DNA of 64,000 nucleotides from an uncultured cyanobacterium (GTDB lineage: Bacteria; Cyanobacteriota; Cyanobacteriia; Phormidesmidales; Phormidesmidaceae), in assembly GCA_963793265.1 (NCBI GenBank), contig CAWBZI010000001.1, positions 32,001-96,000 on the forward strand, given 5' to 3'. Shown here piece after piece: positions 1 to 9,440 of the stretch (the first letter of the stretch is position 1; each line of letters begins with the position of its first letter). The notes beneath the pieces are model-generated. The model saw nothing but the letters and a program-made list of their open reading frames with translations. It made no database searches and was not told the DNA's origin. The translations under genes were made by a program, and so were the position numbers.

Positions 1-302
1 GCATGAAACAAAAAGACGAACCCCCGCTCCTCCAAAACGACCTTGTAAAAACCACCGCCGAGAAAGAGAACGTAACCCCTGCTCAACTCCTGATTGCCTG
101 GGCACTAGCTCGCGACACCATCACCATTCCAAAATCTACAAACGCAGATCGTATAGCTGAGAACCTAGCCGCCACCAAACACACGCTCTCTTCAGAGGCA
201 AAATCAGCCCTAAATAGCATTGATATCCGATACCGATACGTCAGCCCAAAATCGTGGTTCTTCCCAGGCATCACTTACCAAGGAGAAGATTTTTGGGCAT
301 GA
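1..302 (+). CDS. Aldo/keto reductase, C-terminal part (5' end outside window)
   Basis: TPAQLLIAWAL...IPKS...RIAEN motifs typical of the AKR C-terminus. Confidence 0.85.
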   Translation, partial: MKQKDEPPLLQNDLVKTTAEKENVTPAQLLIAWALARDTITIPKSTNADRIAENLAATKHTLSSEAKSALNSIDIRYRYVSPKSWFFPGITYQGEDFWA

Positions 303-335
303 TCTTCAAAAGTCACCTATGGTAGAAAACGCCAG

Positions 336-1109
336 ATGGATATCCAGCCCCTCATTCAACAAGAACTCAACCGGATCGAGGCCGAGGAATCCGTCAAGAT
401 TATTTTCGCCATCGAATCAGGCAGTCGCGCCTGGGGGTTTCCCTCCCAAAACAGCGACTACGATGTCAGATTTATCTATGCCAGAGAGCCCTGGTGGTAT
501 ATCAACGTCTATAAAGGCCGTGACGTGATTGAGCGCCCAATCGAGGGAGACTTAGACATCAACGGCTGGGACTTGCAAAAGGCTTTTGGCCTCCTGCGCA
601 AATCTAATCCCGCGCTGATGGAGTGGATAAACTCACCCATCCTCTATCGCGAATACTCACCCCACGCAGATAATTTCCGTCAGTTTGCCAGACAGGCATT
701 TCTCCCCCTGTCCGCCTGCTACCACTACCGGTCAATGGCCTACAAACACCAAATTCGCAGCGCCCGAAAATCTCAGGTTCGGCTGAAGCACTATCTCTAT
801 ACCGTACGACCTTGCTTAGCGGCGCGTTGGGTCATAGAGCACGGCACGCAGCCGCCTATACTATTCGCTGAATTAGTCAATAGCTTGCTGCCCAACGGCG
901 AGATTCGCGACATTGTTGATCGCTTAGTCGAGATAAAGGCCAGCACTTTAGAGATAGATACTGTTGATCGCATTCCTGCACTCGATCATTTTATTGAACA
1001 AGAATTGACGACAATTAAGGATAGATTACCGGCAGCAAAACCTGCTATGAGTAAAGACAAGTGCAATCATTCATTTAGAACAATGCTTAAAGACTGCTGG
1101 CACAACTGA
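336..1109 (+). CDS. Pol-beta superfamily nucleotidyltransferase (YcgL/RlaP-like)
   Basis: ESGSRAWGFPSQNSDYDVRFIY (GS...DxD); GWDLQKA...KSNP...EW motifs. Confidence 0.85.
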   Translation: MDIQPLIQQELNRIEAEESVKIIFAIESGSRAWGFPSQNSDYDVRFIYAREPWWYINVYKGRDVIERPIEGDLDINGWDLQKAFGLLRKSNPALMEWINSPILYREYSPHADNFRQFARQAFLPLSACYHYRSMAYKHQIRSARKSQVRLKHYLYTVRPCLAARWVIEHGTQPPILFAELVNSLLPNGEIRDIVDRLVEIKASTLEIDTVDRIPALDHFIEQELTTIKDRLPAAKPAMSKDKCNHSFRTMLKDCWHN

Positions 1110-1148
1110 TAGAATCTGTTGTATCTCGCCATAAGGATCGCGTGCAAA

Positions 1149-1331
1149 ATGTCTGAAGAAAACTGGTACATCATCAAAGCCGCCTCTGAACAGTGCGAAA
1201 TTGTGACTGAGCAAAAGATCGCGTCGCTAGATACGCCGCCGACAGAACAATGGGGGCCGTTTAAAACGCAAAATCAGGCGATCGCAAAACGCGTCGGCCT
1301 GATTAGAGCGGGTAAGTGCAAACCAGCTTAA
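1149..1331 (+). CDS. Small conserved cyanobacterial hypothetical protein (~60 aa)
   Basis: WYIIK...WGPF...AIAKRVGLIRAGKC pattern; ATG at 1149 preferred over upstream TTG. Confidence 0.65.
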   Translation: MSEENWYIIKAASEQCEIVTEQKIASLDTPPTEQWGPFKTQNQAIAKRVGLIRAGKCKPA

Positions 1332-1361
1332 AGGCTGATTACTAAATAGATTCTCTACCGA

Positions 1362-2654
1362 TTAGCGAACACCAGCCGTATTTGAAGACTGACGAGCAGC
1401 TCGAATAGAATCTGTCAGCACGTCAATGGCCTTAGAGTACTGCGGATCTTCTAGCGTTCCAATTTTGTCACGGTCATCGGCTAGCTCTTCACGCTGTTCG
1501 TCAGAGAGTTCCACAATAAAGTCAGGCTCAATGCCTAGCTTATTAATGTCTCTGCCCGAAGGCGTTAGGTACTTAGCAATCGTCACTGCCACGCCCGAAC
1601 CATCCGCCAAACCGCGCACCGACTGCACCAGTCCTTTACCAAAAGTTTGAGTGCCGATCAAAACCGCACGATCGTTATCTTGCAACGCGCCCGAAAGGAT
1701 TTCGCTCGCACTCGCTGAGCCACCGTCTACCAAAACCACTAGCGGCTTGTCTGTCAGCGCCTGGTTCTTAGCAACTTCCTCATCGCTAATAGAGTTGCGA
1801 TCAACGGTCGAAACAATTGTGCCGTCGTTGATCCACATCTTTGCAATGTCAATACTCGCAAAAAGCAAGCCACCTGGGTTCGAGCGCAAATCAAGCACAT
1901 AGCCCGTCACGTTACGCTCTTCTAATGCCTTAATCGCATCTCGCATTTCATCAGAAGCGTTAGCGCTGAACTGAGTGAGGCGAATATAGCCAACCGTGCC
2001 CTCAGGCGATGTTTCAACCGAGTAGCGCACAGGATGAATTTCAATGCGTGCTCTGGTAAGTTCAAAGTCGCGGGGCTCGCCATCACGCGTAATGGAAATG
2101 GTCACCGTTGAGTCAACCGGGCCGCGAATAAGATTAACCGCGTCGCTCAGCTCTAAACCTTCTGTAGATTCGCCATCAATAGAGCGAATAACGTCGCCCG
2201 AGAGCAGTCCTGCCTCGTAAGCAGGCGTGTCTTCAATCGGGGCAACAACGACAATCTCTTCGGTTTCTTCTTCTTGCGTAATTTGAATACCGACCCCGGT
2301 AAGTTCTCCCGAGGTATCGATTTGCATATTGCTAAACTCTTGAGGATCCATAAACCGCGTGTACGGATCGTCAAGCTGTTCGAGCATTTCTCGAACAGCG
2401 GTGTAGGCTTCCTCTTGATCGGTATAGTTTCTATTTAGATAAGACGTACGAACGTCGTTCCAATCAACGGCATTAAAAGAGTCGTCAACGTACTCGTGAT
2501 CGATGAGTTGCCACACCTCATCAATGAGTTCTTTGGGGCTCTCCTTAAAAAAGGCTTGGCCATCGGATAAATGAATGCCGGTGCCGGTAATCACCACGGC
2601 GGCACTCGCTAGTGCTGTTGAGCCTAAAACAAGGCCGCGCTTCGTAATAGCCAT
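1362..2654 (-). CDS. ctpC: Carboxyl-terminal processing protease, S41A family with PDZ domain
   Basis: DLRSNPGG, SASASEI (catalytic Ser), TFGKGLVQ (Lys); N-terminus MAITKRGLVLG resembles the CtpC paralogue (paralogue assignment tentative). Confidence 0.85.
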   Translation of the reverse strand: MAITKRGLVLGSTALASAAVVITGTGIHLSDGQAFFKESPKELIDEVWQLIDHEYVDDSFNAVDWNDVRTSYLNRNYTDQEEAYTAVREMLEQLDDPYTRFMDPQEFSNMQIDTSGELTGVGIQITQEEETEEIVVVAPIEDTPAYEAGLLSGDVIRSIDGESTEGLELSDAVNLIRGPVDSTVTISITRDGEPRDFELTRARIEIHPVRYSVETSPEGTVGYIRLTQFSANASDEMRDAIKALEERNVTGYVLDLRSNPGGLLFASIDIAKMWINDGTIVSTVDRNSISDEEVAKNQALTDKPLVVLVDGGSASASEILSGALQDNDRAVLIGTQTFGKGLVQSVRGLADGSGVAVTIAKYLTPSGRDINKLGIEPDFIVELSDEQREELADDRDKIGTLEDPQYSKAIDVLTDSIRAARQSSNTAGVR

Positions 2655-3074
2655 AGACTAAAAAATCCTGTGTGGAGGACGTTAATTTACGCCCAATTTA
2701 GCACACCCTTCTTATTGCTAACCTGAGTTTAAGGTGAAGAGTCGCTGTTGTTGTATAAGAATGCGCAAGTATTGAGATTAAATTGCGCTGAGCACTACTT
2801 TTGTATGCAATGGGACAGTTTGAAAAGCGTACGTTCCATACCATTTATAGGCAAGCTAACAATCACGAGAGTAGTGCTGTTGCAAATGCTACTTAACAGC
2901 TTTGCGCACGTAATTGTGCAGGTCGCCATACGCACTATTGACGCGTTTTTTTCTTTTGGTAGTTTTTAAACGGCCTGAAAAAAGGCGATCGCACCCCTTC
3001 CAAAAGCAACCTCAAGAACAACCTTTCAGCCCGCAATATTCTCTCTTAAGCTGCTCTTTCAAAAGCCCTACACC

Positions 3075-4373
3075 TCATGCCTGCTCGTTTGGCGTCTGCT
3101 CGTCTGGTTCAACCCACCGACCATCTGATTTAATCAAACCGATCAGCTCTTCTACCCCTTGAGCCTCAGGCACCCGTTTTATCTCTTCTCGGCCTCGATA
3201 GAGCGCAATGGTGCCAGGCTGTTTGCCGACATAGCCATAGTCAGCATCGGCCATTTCGCCCGGCCCGTTCACAATACAGCCCATCACCGCAATATCTAAT
3301 CCGGTTAAATGGCTCGTTGCGTTGCGCACCTTATGCAGCACATCTTCAAGGTTAAACAGCGTCCGCCCGCACGAAGGGCAAGCCACGTATTCCACCATCG
3401 TTTTACGCAGGCCCAGCGCCTGCAAAATGCTGTAGCACACCGGAATTTCTTTTTCAGGCGCTTCGGTCAGTGAAACGCGAATTGTATCGCCAATACCCAT
3501 CGCCAGCAGCGTTCCAATCCCTGCGGTCGATTTGATCCGGCCATACTCGCCGTCGCCTGCTTCAGTGACGCCTAAGTGCAGCGGATAGTTCATCCCCTCG
3601 TCGTTCATGCGCTTCACCATCAGGCGATAGGCCGCGAGCATCACCGGCACCCGCGAGGCTTTAAGCGAGATAATGATGTTATAGAACGCTAGCGATTCGC
3701 AAATACGGATAAATTCTAGGGCCGACTCCACCATGCCCTCAGGCGTATCACCGTAAGTAAAGAGCATCCGTTCGGCTAAGGAGCCGTGGTTGACGCCAAT
3801 CCGCATTGCTTTGCCCTGATCGCGTAGGGAAATGACTAGAGGCTCTAGGGTTTCGCGAATTTTTGCGCCGATATTGTCAAATTCTGACTGGGTGTATTCA
3901 GTGCGATCGCTATCCGACTTCTCAAAAACGTACAGCCCTGGATTAATCCGCACTTTATCCACGTGCTTAGCCACTTCCAAGGCAATCTTCATACCGTTGT
4001 GATGCACATCAGCCACCAAAGGCACAGTCTGATAGGTGTCTTTTAGGCGAGTCTTAATCTCTGCCAAAGCTCGTGCGTGCGCCATACTAGGCACTGTCAC
4101 TCGCACGATTTCACAGCCTGCCTCATGCAGCCGACGAATCCCGGCGACTGCCGCCTCAACATCCAGCGTGTCTTCATTAATCATTGACTGCACCACCACC
4201 GGATGACCGCCGCCAATGGTAATATCGCCCACCTTTACCGGGCGAGTTTTGCGGCGCACAATCGTCGGTTCAAAGGCTTGCTCGGCGGTTTGCTCGGCGG
4301 TCTGCTCGGCGGTTACAGAGGCAGCATCACCCGTAGTCGGACTGGCAGCAGGTGGGGTAGACAGAGTTTGCAT
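3075..4373 (-). CDS. ispG: HMBPP synthase (GcpE)
   Basis: [38 protein letters not shown]. Confidence 0.97.
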   Translation of the reverse strand: MQTLSTPPAASPTTGDAASVTAEQTAEQTAEQAFEPTIVRRKTRPVKVGDITIGGGHPVVVQSMINEDTLDVEAAVAGIRRLHEAGCEIVRVTVPSMAHARALAEIKTRLKDTYQTVPLVADVHHNGMKIALEVAKHVDKVRINPGLYVFEKSDSDRTEYTQSEFDNIGAKIRETLEPLVISLRDQGKAMRIGVNHGSLAERMLFTYGDTPEGMVESALEFIRICESLAFYNIIISLKASRVPVMLAAYRLMVKRMNDEGMNYPLHLGVTEAGDGEYGRIKSTAGIGTLLAMGIGDTIRVSLTEAPEKEIPVCYSILQALGLRKTMVEYVACPSCGRTLFNLEDVLHKVRNATSHLTGLDIAVMGCIVNGPGEMADADYGYVGKQPGTIALYRGREEIKRVPEAQGVEELIGLIKSDGRWVEPDEQTPNEQA

Positions 4374-4463
4374 AGTTCAAGTTTGAGCGCTCAAAGTACT
4401 CTAGCGCAAGTCGCTCTGGCGACATCTATACGCAAGGAAAATCTTATTTATCAGCCCAATTTA

Positions 4464-4934
4464 TTATTCCAGTTTGGCGGTGCATTCGAGGATCATTCGC
4501 TGATTAGAGAGCGCGTAGGGCTGCACTTCTAGAGCGCCACGAAAGGCTTGAATCGCAGCAGTATAGTTGCCAAGCTGGCTGTGGCATAGGCCAAGGCCGT
4601 GCAGTGCGCCAAAGTGATAGGGCACAAGCTGAATGGTCTTTTGGCAGTCTGCAAGTGCTCGCCAGTAGTCTGCCTCGGTGTAGCGCAATACCGCCCGCCG
4701 ATTCCACGCCTCAGCAAAATCTGGCTGGGCCTGCACTACTTCACTTAGCAGCTTATCGGCCTGAAACATTTGCTCAGAGTGCAGCAGCGTTTCGGCCTGC
4801 ATGAGCTGCTGCGCCCCGTAGGCCCCCTTTTGATGAAACCAGTGGTGCCATAGGGTAGAGGTGGCGCGATCGCGCGCAGCCGAATCGGGATCTTTCAGCG
4901 CAGCTAGCAAAGCTTCGATCTGAGCAGCATCCAT
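4464..4934 (-). CDS. Tetratricopeptide repeat protein
   Basis: PDFAEAWNRRA, PYHFGALHGLGLC TPR motifs. Confidence 0.8.
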   Translation of the reverse strand: MDAAQIEALLAALKDPDSAARDRATSTLWHHWFHQKGAYGAQQLMQAETLLHSEQMFQADKLLSEVVQAQPDFAEAWNRRAVLRYTEADYWRALADCQKTIQLVPYHFGALHGLGLCHSQLGNYTAAIQAFRGALEVQPYALSNQRMILECTAKLE

Positions 4935-5008
4935 AGACAAAAGATCCTCAAAAAACGTCACTCGAAAAGAGATATTACAACGAACAGAACGCGCTAATCA
5001 CATCATAG

Positions 5009-5045
5009 AAAAAGCTTGGCGACTAAAGTGTCAGCCAAGCTTTTT
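5009..5045. terminator. Intrinsic terminator-like hairpin with A/T tails on both sides
   Basis: AAAAAGCTTGGC...GCCAAGCTTTTT inverted repeat downstream of the PEP-CTERM gene. Confidence 0.65.
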
Positions 5046-5208
5046 ATTGAAAGGAGAGACTTCAGGCAGCCTTAAGAACTTACCGCCTTAACGATAGGGC
5101 TATACAGCGGTTAAGTGTAAGGATCAAGAGCTTAGTCAACACGTGGCTGTTTCTGGGGGCCATAAAACAGGTGGCTAGCCTCTCCTGGAGTCTCTCTTGC
5201 AGTTAGCC

Positions 5209-5631
5209 TTAAGCAGCCTGCTTACGCTTGACAACAATCAAACCGGCAGCGGCGATCGCTAAGCCAGCAAGTGCCGTGGGCTCAGGCACAGTTGCTACAG
5301 CTTCAGCAGCACCAATTGCCGCAGAAGCTACTGCATCTGCACCAGTCGCCTCGTCAGTCGTGGGTGCCGGAGGCAGCACGTCTGCGATAGTCGTTGGCTC
5401 AGGATCAGTGTCGATGCTAACTTCAGGCGCAGCCGGAGGTGTGGTACCTGTAGGAGTATTGCCAAAGCCACTGCTAGGCTGAGCGGCCACTACGATAGAT
5501 GCCGAAGCAGACTGCTCGGCGTCAGCTTGCTGAGCGGAAGGGGTCTCTTCGCCGCAGGCAGTTGCCAACAAGAGCAAAGGCAAGGATACTTTCAAACCTT
5601 GCTTCTTGAAGAATTGGATGGTTGGGTTCAT
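5209..5631 (-). CDS. PEP-CTERM sorting domain protein, low complexity, with lipoprotein-like N-terminus
   Basis: C-terminal VPEP + hydrophobic helix + KRK; N-terminal LLLLATA-C. Confidence 0.8.
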   Translation of the reverse strand: MNPTIQFFKKQGLKVSLPLLLLATACGEETPSAQQADAEQSASASIVVAAQPSSGFGNTPTGTTPPAAPEVSIDTDPEPTTIADVLPPAPTTDEATGADAVASAAIGAAEAVATVPEPTALAGLAIAAAGLIVVKRKQAA

Positions 5632-6058
5632 GAATGCCTCCATATGGGATCTGAATGAATGGGATCTACAAAACATTCCGTGCTACCACCGAGGCTTTAT
5701 CTCTGCGATAGGTTGGCGTCTGTGTACATCTATCCACAGAAACAATCGGAAGATCAGCAAAAACTAGGAGGCTTCACGAAGGCTATACATCGCTTTGGGT
5801 GAAAGCACTTAGAGCATTTTTAACCAGGTTTCTTTGAGTTCAATTTTACTTGATACGTCTGGCGTAAAAAGATTATGCAACAACGTCTGCACAGCAGCAG
5901 TTTTGACCTTTTTTGCGAAACCAAGCGCTCGCAGAACCCATCAACTTACTCAAATACGCAAGTGTCTTTTACGACTAACAGCAACCTCATGAAAACTAGG
6001 CATTTCTATATAAAGTTACCGACAATTGAGGCGTTGCAAAGTGCCTACTCAATCACCT

Positions 6059-6478
6059 TCACTCAACCGCTAAGGAAACGCTACGCCCACCGACCTCACG
6101 CAGCTCGCTAAGTAACGTCGCAATGTCGTCATACGGAAGGGCGCGGTCAGCTTTGAGCATAATGCTACCGTCAGGATTTTCTTGGAAATATGCTCTAATA
6201 GCCGGAGAAAGCTCGCTGATGCTTGTGATTTCACCGTCTATTAGCAGTTCTTTATCGCTGTTGAGCCCGATAGTAAAAGGTTTACGCTCATCCGCTCTAT
6301 CGGTTACGGCTTTGTCTGCACCTTCTACCGATCTCGGCAGCGTAACACCGTTGACTTTCACACCCGTTAGACCCATAGAAATAATTACGAAAAAGATCAG
6401 CACCGTCATCAAAACGTCCATCATCGGGACGAGATTGACTTCAGGAATGCGGCTTTTAGGACGGCGACGAGTACGCAT
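6059..6478 (-). CDS. exbD: ExbD/TolR biopolymer transport protein
   Basis: EVNLVPMMDVLMTVLIFF transmembrane segment with conserved Asp; KADRALPY. Confidence 0.9.
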   Translation of the reverse strand: MRTRRRPKSRIPEVNLVPMMDVLMTVLIFFVIISMGLTGVKVNGVTLPRSVEGADKAVTDRADERKPFTIGLNSDKELLIDGEITSISELSPAIRAYFQENPDGSIMLKADRALPYDDIATLLSELREVGGRSVSLAVE

Positions 6479-6544
6479 GAGTATTTGGTTCTATTGAGTT
6501 TAGGGATCTAAATCTGGTTGGGCTCTTTTGGTAGAGTTCGTGAC

Positions 6545-6964
6545 CTATTCTTCCAAGGCCAGTGAGACGCGATCGCCGCCCACCATCCGCATATCGCCCA
6601 AAAACCGCATCACCTGCTCGTAAGGCAGCTCGCGACTAGGCACTAAGTACACCACGTTCTGAGGATTCTGAGCCAGGTAAGCTTGCACCCTAGCAGAGAG
6701 CTGATCGGGGCCAATCGGTTCGCCATTTAATAGCTGCAGGCCCGTCGCGTCCATTTCAATAATGAAAGGCTCTTGCGCGGCAGCATCGGCTGTTGGCGTA
6801 TCTTCGCTCTGCTCCGGCGGCAAATCGACCTGTATAAGCTGCTCGCTGCCGAGGGCCACTGAAATCACCACAAAAAACGCCAGCACGCCCATCATCACCG
6901 TGAGCATCGGAATCAAGTCGATAGTCGGAATGTCGTTTTCTTCTGAGGTGTGGCGAAAGCGCAT
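6545..6964 (-). CDS. exbD: ExbD/TolR family protein (second paralogue)
   Basis: IDLIPMLTVMMGVLAFF TM segment; ends RVSLALEE; between exbB and exbD. Confidence 0.85.
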   Translation of the reverse strand: MRFRHTSEENDIPTIDLIPMLTVMMGVLAFFVVISVALGSEQLIQVDLPPEQSEDTPTADAAAQEPFIIEMDATGLQLLNGEPIGPDQLSARVQAYLAQNPQNVVYLVPSRELPYEQVMRFLGDMRMVGGDRVSLALEE

Positions 6965-7005
6965 GAGGTTAACTGCCTTAATATGCCTTAATATATGGAC
7001 GACTT

Positions 7006-7749
7006 TTAGAAAGAGGGCCGTTCAGTCGCACTCAAAGGTGGCGTCGTTCGCGCTGAAGAATCAGGCTGTGGCAGGCGACTTCTGGGCGGCGCAGCATTTT
7101 GAGGCACAGGGAGCCTGTCGGCCTCGTACCAATACTCACGATATATCAGCTCCAGCTCGTTCCCTGCTTCAGAAAAGTAGTCCATTTGCTGAGCTTGCAG
7201 CGTCACCATAACCCGTAAAACCAGTAGGGCTAAAATTGCCACCACCATGCCCGCAGCGGTGGTAACCAAAGCTTCACCAATGCCCCCGGCTGCTTCAGTT
7301 GCACCCACGCCGCCATCGCCACCGCCAATATCTAAGCTCTCAAAGGTCGCAATCAGACCCGTAACTGTTCCGAGCAGCCCGAGCAAGGGAGCCACTGCGA
7401 CAACGGTTTCTAGCAGCTTGTCGCCCTTTCGCATTTTTACAAATTCTTTATCGCCCGCGTTCTCCAAGGCCAATCGGAAGCTATCAGGAGAGGGATTTTT
7501 GAGACTCAAAGGGGCGAGGAGGAATCGAGCAATGGGAAGATCGCGATCGCGTGCAGCAATAGCCGCAGCCTCCGGCAAATCCCGACGGGCCATATCGAGC
7601 ACTTCATTAACCACGCGGGCCTCTCGCTTGAGCAAGTTCGTCCAAAAAGTAGCTCGCTCTAATGCGCAGGCCACCGTAAAGACAGACGCCCCTACAATAG
7701 GCACCATCACAGGGCCACCCTTGGCCAAAAAATCGAAGACGGTTGACAT
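7006..7749 (-). CDS. exbB: MotA/TolQ/ExbB proton channel protein
   Basis: APLLGLLGTVTGLI and GIGEALVTTAAG motifs. Confidence 0.92.
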   Translation of the reverse strand: MSTVFDFLAKGGPVMVPIVGASVFTVACALERATFWTNLLKREARVVNEVLDMARRDLPEAAAIAARDRDLPIARFLLAPLSLKNPSPDSFRLALENAGDKEFVKMRKGDKLLETVVAVAPLLGLLGTVTGLIATFESLDIGGGDGGVGATEAAGGIGEALVTTAAGMVVAILALLVLRVMVTLQAQQMDYFSEAGNELELIYREYWYEADRLPVPQNAAPPRSRLPQPDSSARTTPPLSATERPSF

Positions 7750-7909
7750 AGATTTTAAGAGATATCCGCAGATCTTCTGTAGTCTTAACTAGATATAGGA
7801 TTTGCCACCCGAAGGCGGCTGTAGATGCGAGAATTTTAAGTAAAAATCACTCAAAGGACTATAGCCGTTGCTGGCGATCGCTAAGTAAACAGAAGATTAA
7901 ACCTGAACG

Positions 7910-8302
7910 CTACACAAGCTGGCGACGATGCATTTCACTCAGCAGCCAGTTTGCCATGGTGGCCCTGCGCGTTAGCCGGGGCACAAGCTGATCGACCGAG
8001 TAACCCTTGAACCCCAGATAAGTTTTGAGCAACTGCTTATTCTCTTTGGGAATAGAGCGGGTGAGCTGCACCGTCGCCGGACGGCTTTCGATAAAGTTAG
8101 GCGGTTGGGGGTACTTTTCTCGCCATTTTTCGTCTACCTCATCAGTCAGCCATTGTGTTTGATCAGCCGCTTGATCAGGCGTACCCGTGTAGCGGTAGCC
8201 TAAGGTATGCCACACAAGCTGGTTCACAGTCTCATCGGGCAGCTCATTATTTAAGATCGCCCACAGCGTTTCGGTGGTTAGGGGAGGAAGGTTAGTCATC
8301 AT
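7910..8302 (-). CDS. Conserved cyanobacterial protein, DUF1823-like
   Basis: LPPLT...W...YPQPPNFIESRPATVQLTRSIPKENKQLLK...GFKGY...PRLTRRAT; start taken at MMTNL. Confidence 0.75.
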   Translation of the reverse strand: MMTNLPPLTTETLWAILNNELPDETVNQLVWHTLGYRYTGTPDQAADQTQWLTDEVDEKWREKYPQPPNFIESRPATVQLTRSIPKENKQLLKTYLGFKGYSVDQLVPRLTRRATMANWLLSEMHRRQLV

Positions 8303-9404
8303 AAAGTCGATAATACCAACCTCTACGGCGACGTGTCTTGGCCTAGAAGAAAGCCGAGAGAAAATAAGCACAATTCTGGCAGCAGACGGCGCAGATGTTG
8401 GCGTCTCTGCCGAGTTCAGACAAATTCGCTCCAAGTTCGACGTGCACACATTTGAGCAGGTGCCCTCAACGAATGCAAAGCTGTGGGAGATGATAGCGCA
8501 GGGGGCCAAGGCGGGAACTGTTGCGATCGCCCAGTCTCAATCTTCTGGCAAAGGCCAGCGCGGACGATTCTGGCAATCAGATCCTGGCGGACTCTATCTT
8601 TCATTAGCCCTAGAGCCCGACTGGCCCGTTACCCACAGCGCCCAGCTCACCTGCATTAGCGCCTGGGGCATCGCCACCGCCTTTAATAACCTTGGCCTAC
8701 CCATTCAAATCAAATGGCCCAATGACTTATATTTCCAGGGCAAAAAATTAGGCGGCATCTTAACAGAGACAAAACTGGCACCCGCCACATCTGTTACATC
8801 CGCGCTCGGCGATCGCACCAAAGCCCCGCCCCGCATAAAACAGGCCGTTATCGGCGTCGGCATTAACTGGCACAACGCAGTGCCCTCAACCGGCATCACA
8901 CTGGCACAAATACTAAAGCAAATGCCCGAGAGCACCGCCAAAAACAAAATAAATTGTTTAGAGATGCTAGCCGCGCTCGTCCTTAAGGGAATTCTTCAGG
9001 GGTACTTCTTCCAGCAGCGGGTAGGCAGTCAAGATTTCATGAAGGTCTACTCAAATTTACTGACACAGGTCGGCAGCACTGTTTTATTAGAAAGTAACTT
9101 ACGTTACCCTTATGTTCTCCGTGCTTCTGATGTCAGTATTACTGAAGAAGAGCCTTCAAAGTCCGTCCAAGCAGAGGAAAGCGCTCAGTTGGCCCTTAGT
9201 CAATCGGAACTAAGCCAATTGAAAAACCGTTCCGGAGAAGTGATAGGCGTCTCAGAAGAGGGTTACCTACAGGTCGCGATATCTCGCGCCCGAGCTAGCC
9301 CGATACGAGATAGGCCGCCAGATAGCGCAGTACCAGATTGCGTTGCGCAAGGATGTATCAAAGATATCTTGCTGATTAAACCGAGTGAGATTCACATAAG
9401 TTAA
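8274..9404 (+). CDS. birA: Biotin--[acetyl-CoA carboxylase] ligase (true start uncertain, probably downstream of 8274)
   Basis: STN, GKGQRGRFW, GGLYLS, IKWPND, KKLGGILTE, GVGIN. Confidence 0.9.
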   Translation: MVRGGRLVIIKSIIPTSTATCLGLEESREKISTILAADGADVGVSAEFRQIRSKFDVHTFEQVPSTNAKLWEMIAQGAKAGTVAIAQSQSSGKGQRGRFWQSDPGGLYLSLALEPDWPVTHSAQLTCISAWGIATAFNNLGLPIQIKWPNDLYFQGKKLGGILTETKLAPATSVTSALGDRTKAPPRIKQAVIGVGINWHNAVPSTGITLAQILKQMPESTAKNKINCLEMLAALVLKGILQGYFFQQRVGSQDFMKVYSNLLTQVGSTVLLESNLRYPYVLRASDVSITEEEPSKSVQAEESAQLALSQSELSQLKNRSGEVIGVSEEGYLQVAISRARASPIRDRPPDSAVPDCVAQGCIKDILLIKPSEIHIS

Positions 9405-9440
9405 TATTGATTGATTGGGATTATTTTTAGGTTATTGACT

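Noticed and set aside
1149..1331. Transposase call for the small ORF (similar proteins are sometimes so labelled)
   Set aside because: Only ~60 aa, no DDE motif, no terminal inverted repeats.
2748..3162. Short plus-strand ORFs between ctpC and ispG
   Set aside because: No recognisable motifs, TTG/GTG starts, lie in a likely promoter region or antisense to ispG.
7247..7792. Long antisense ORFs (also 19144-19749, 25498-26163, 24703-25161)
   Set aside because: Shadow frames of well-supported genes on the opposite strand.
7800..7860. Possible Fur box upstream of exbB
   Set aside because: AT-rich but a poor match to the GATAAT-type consensus; cannot be supported.
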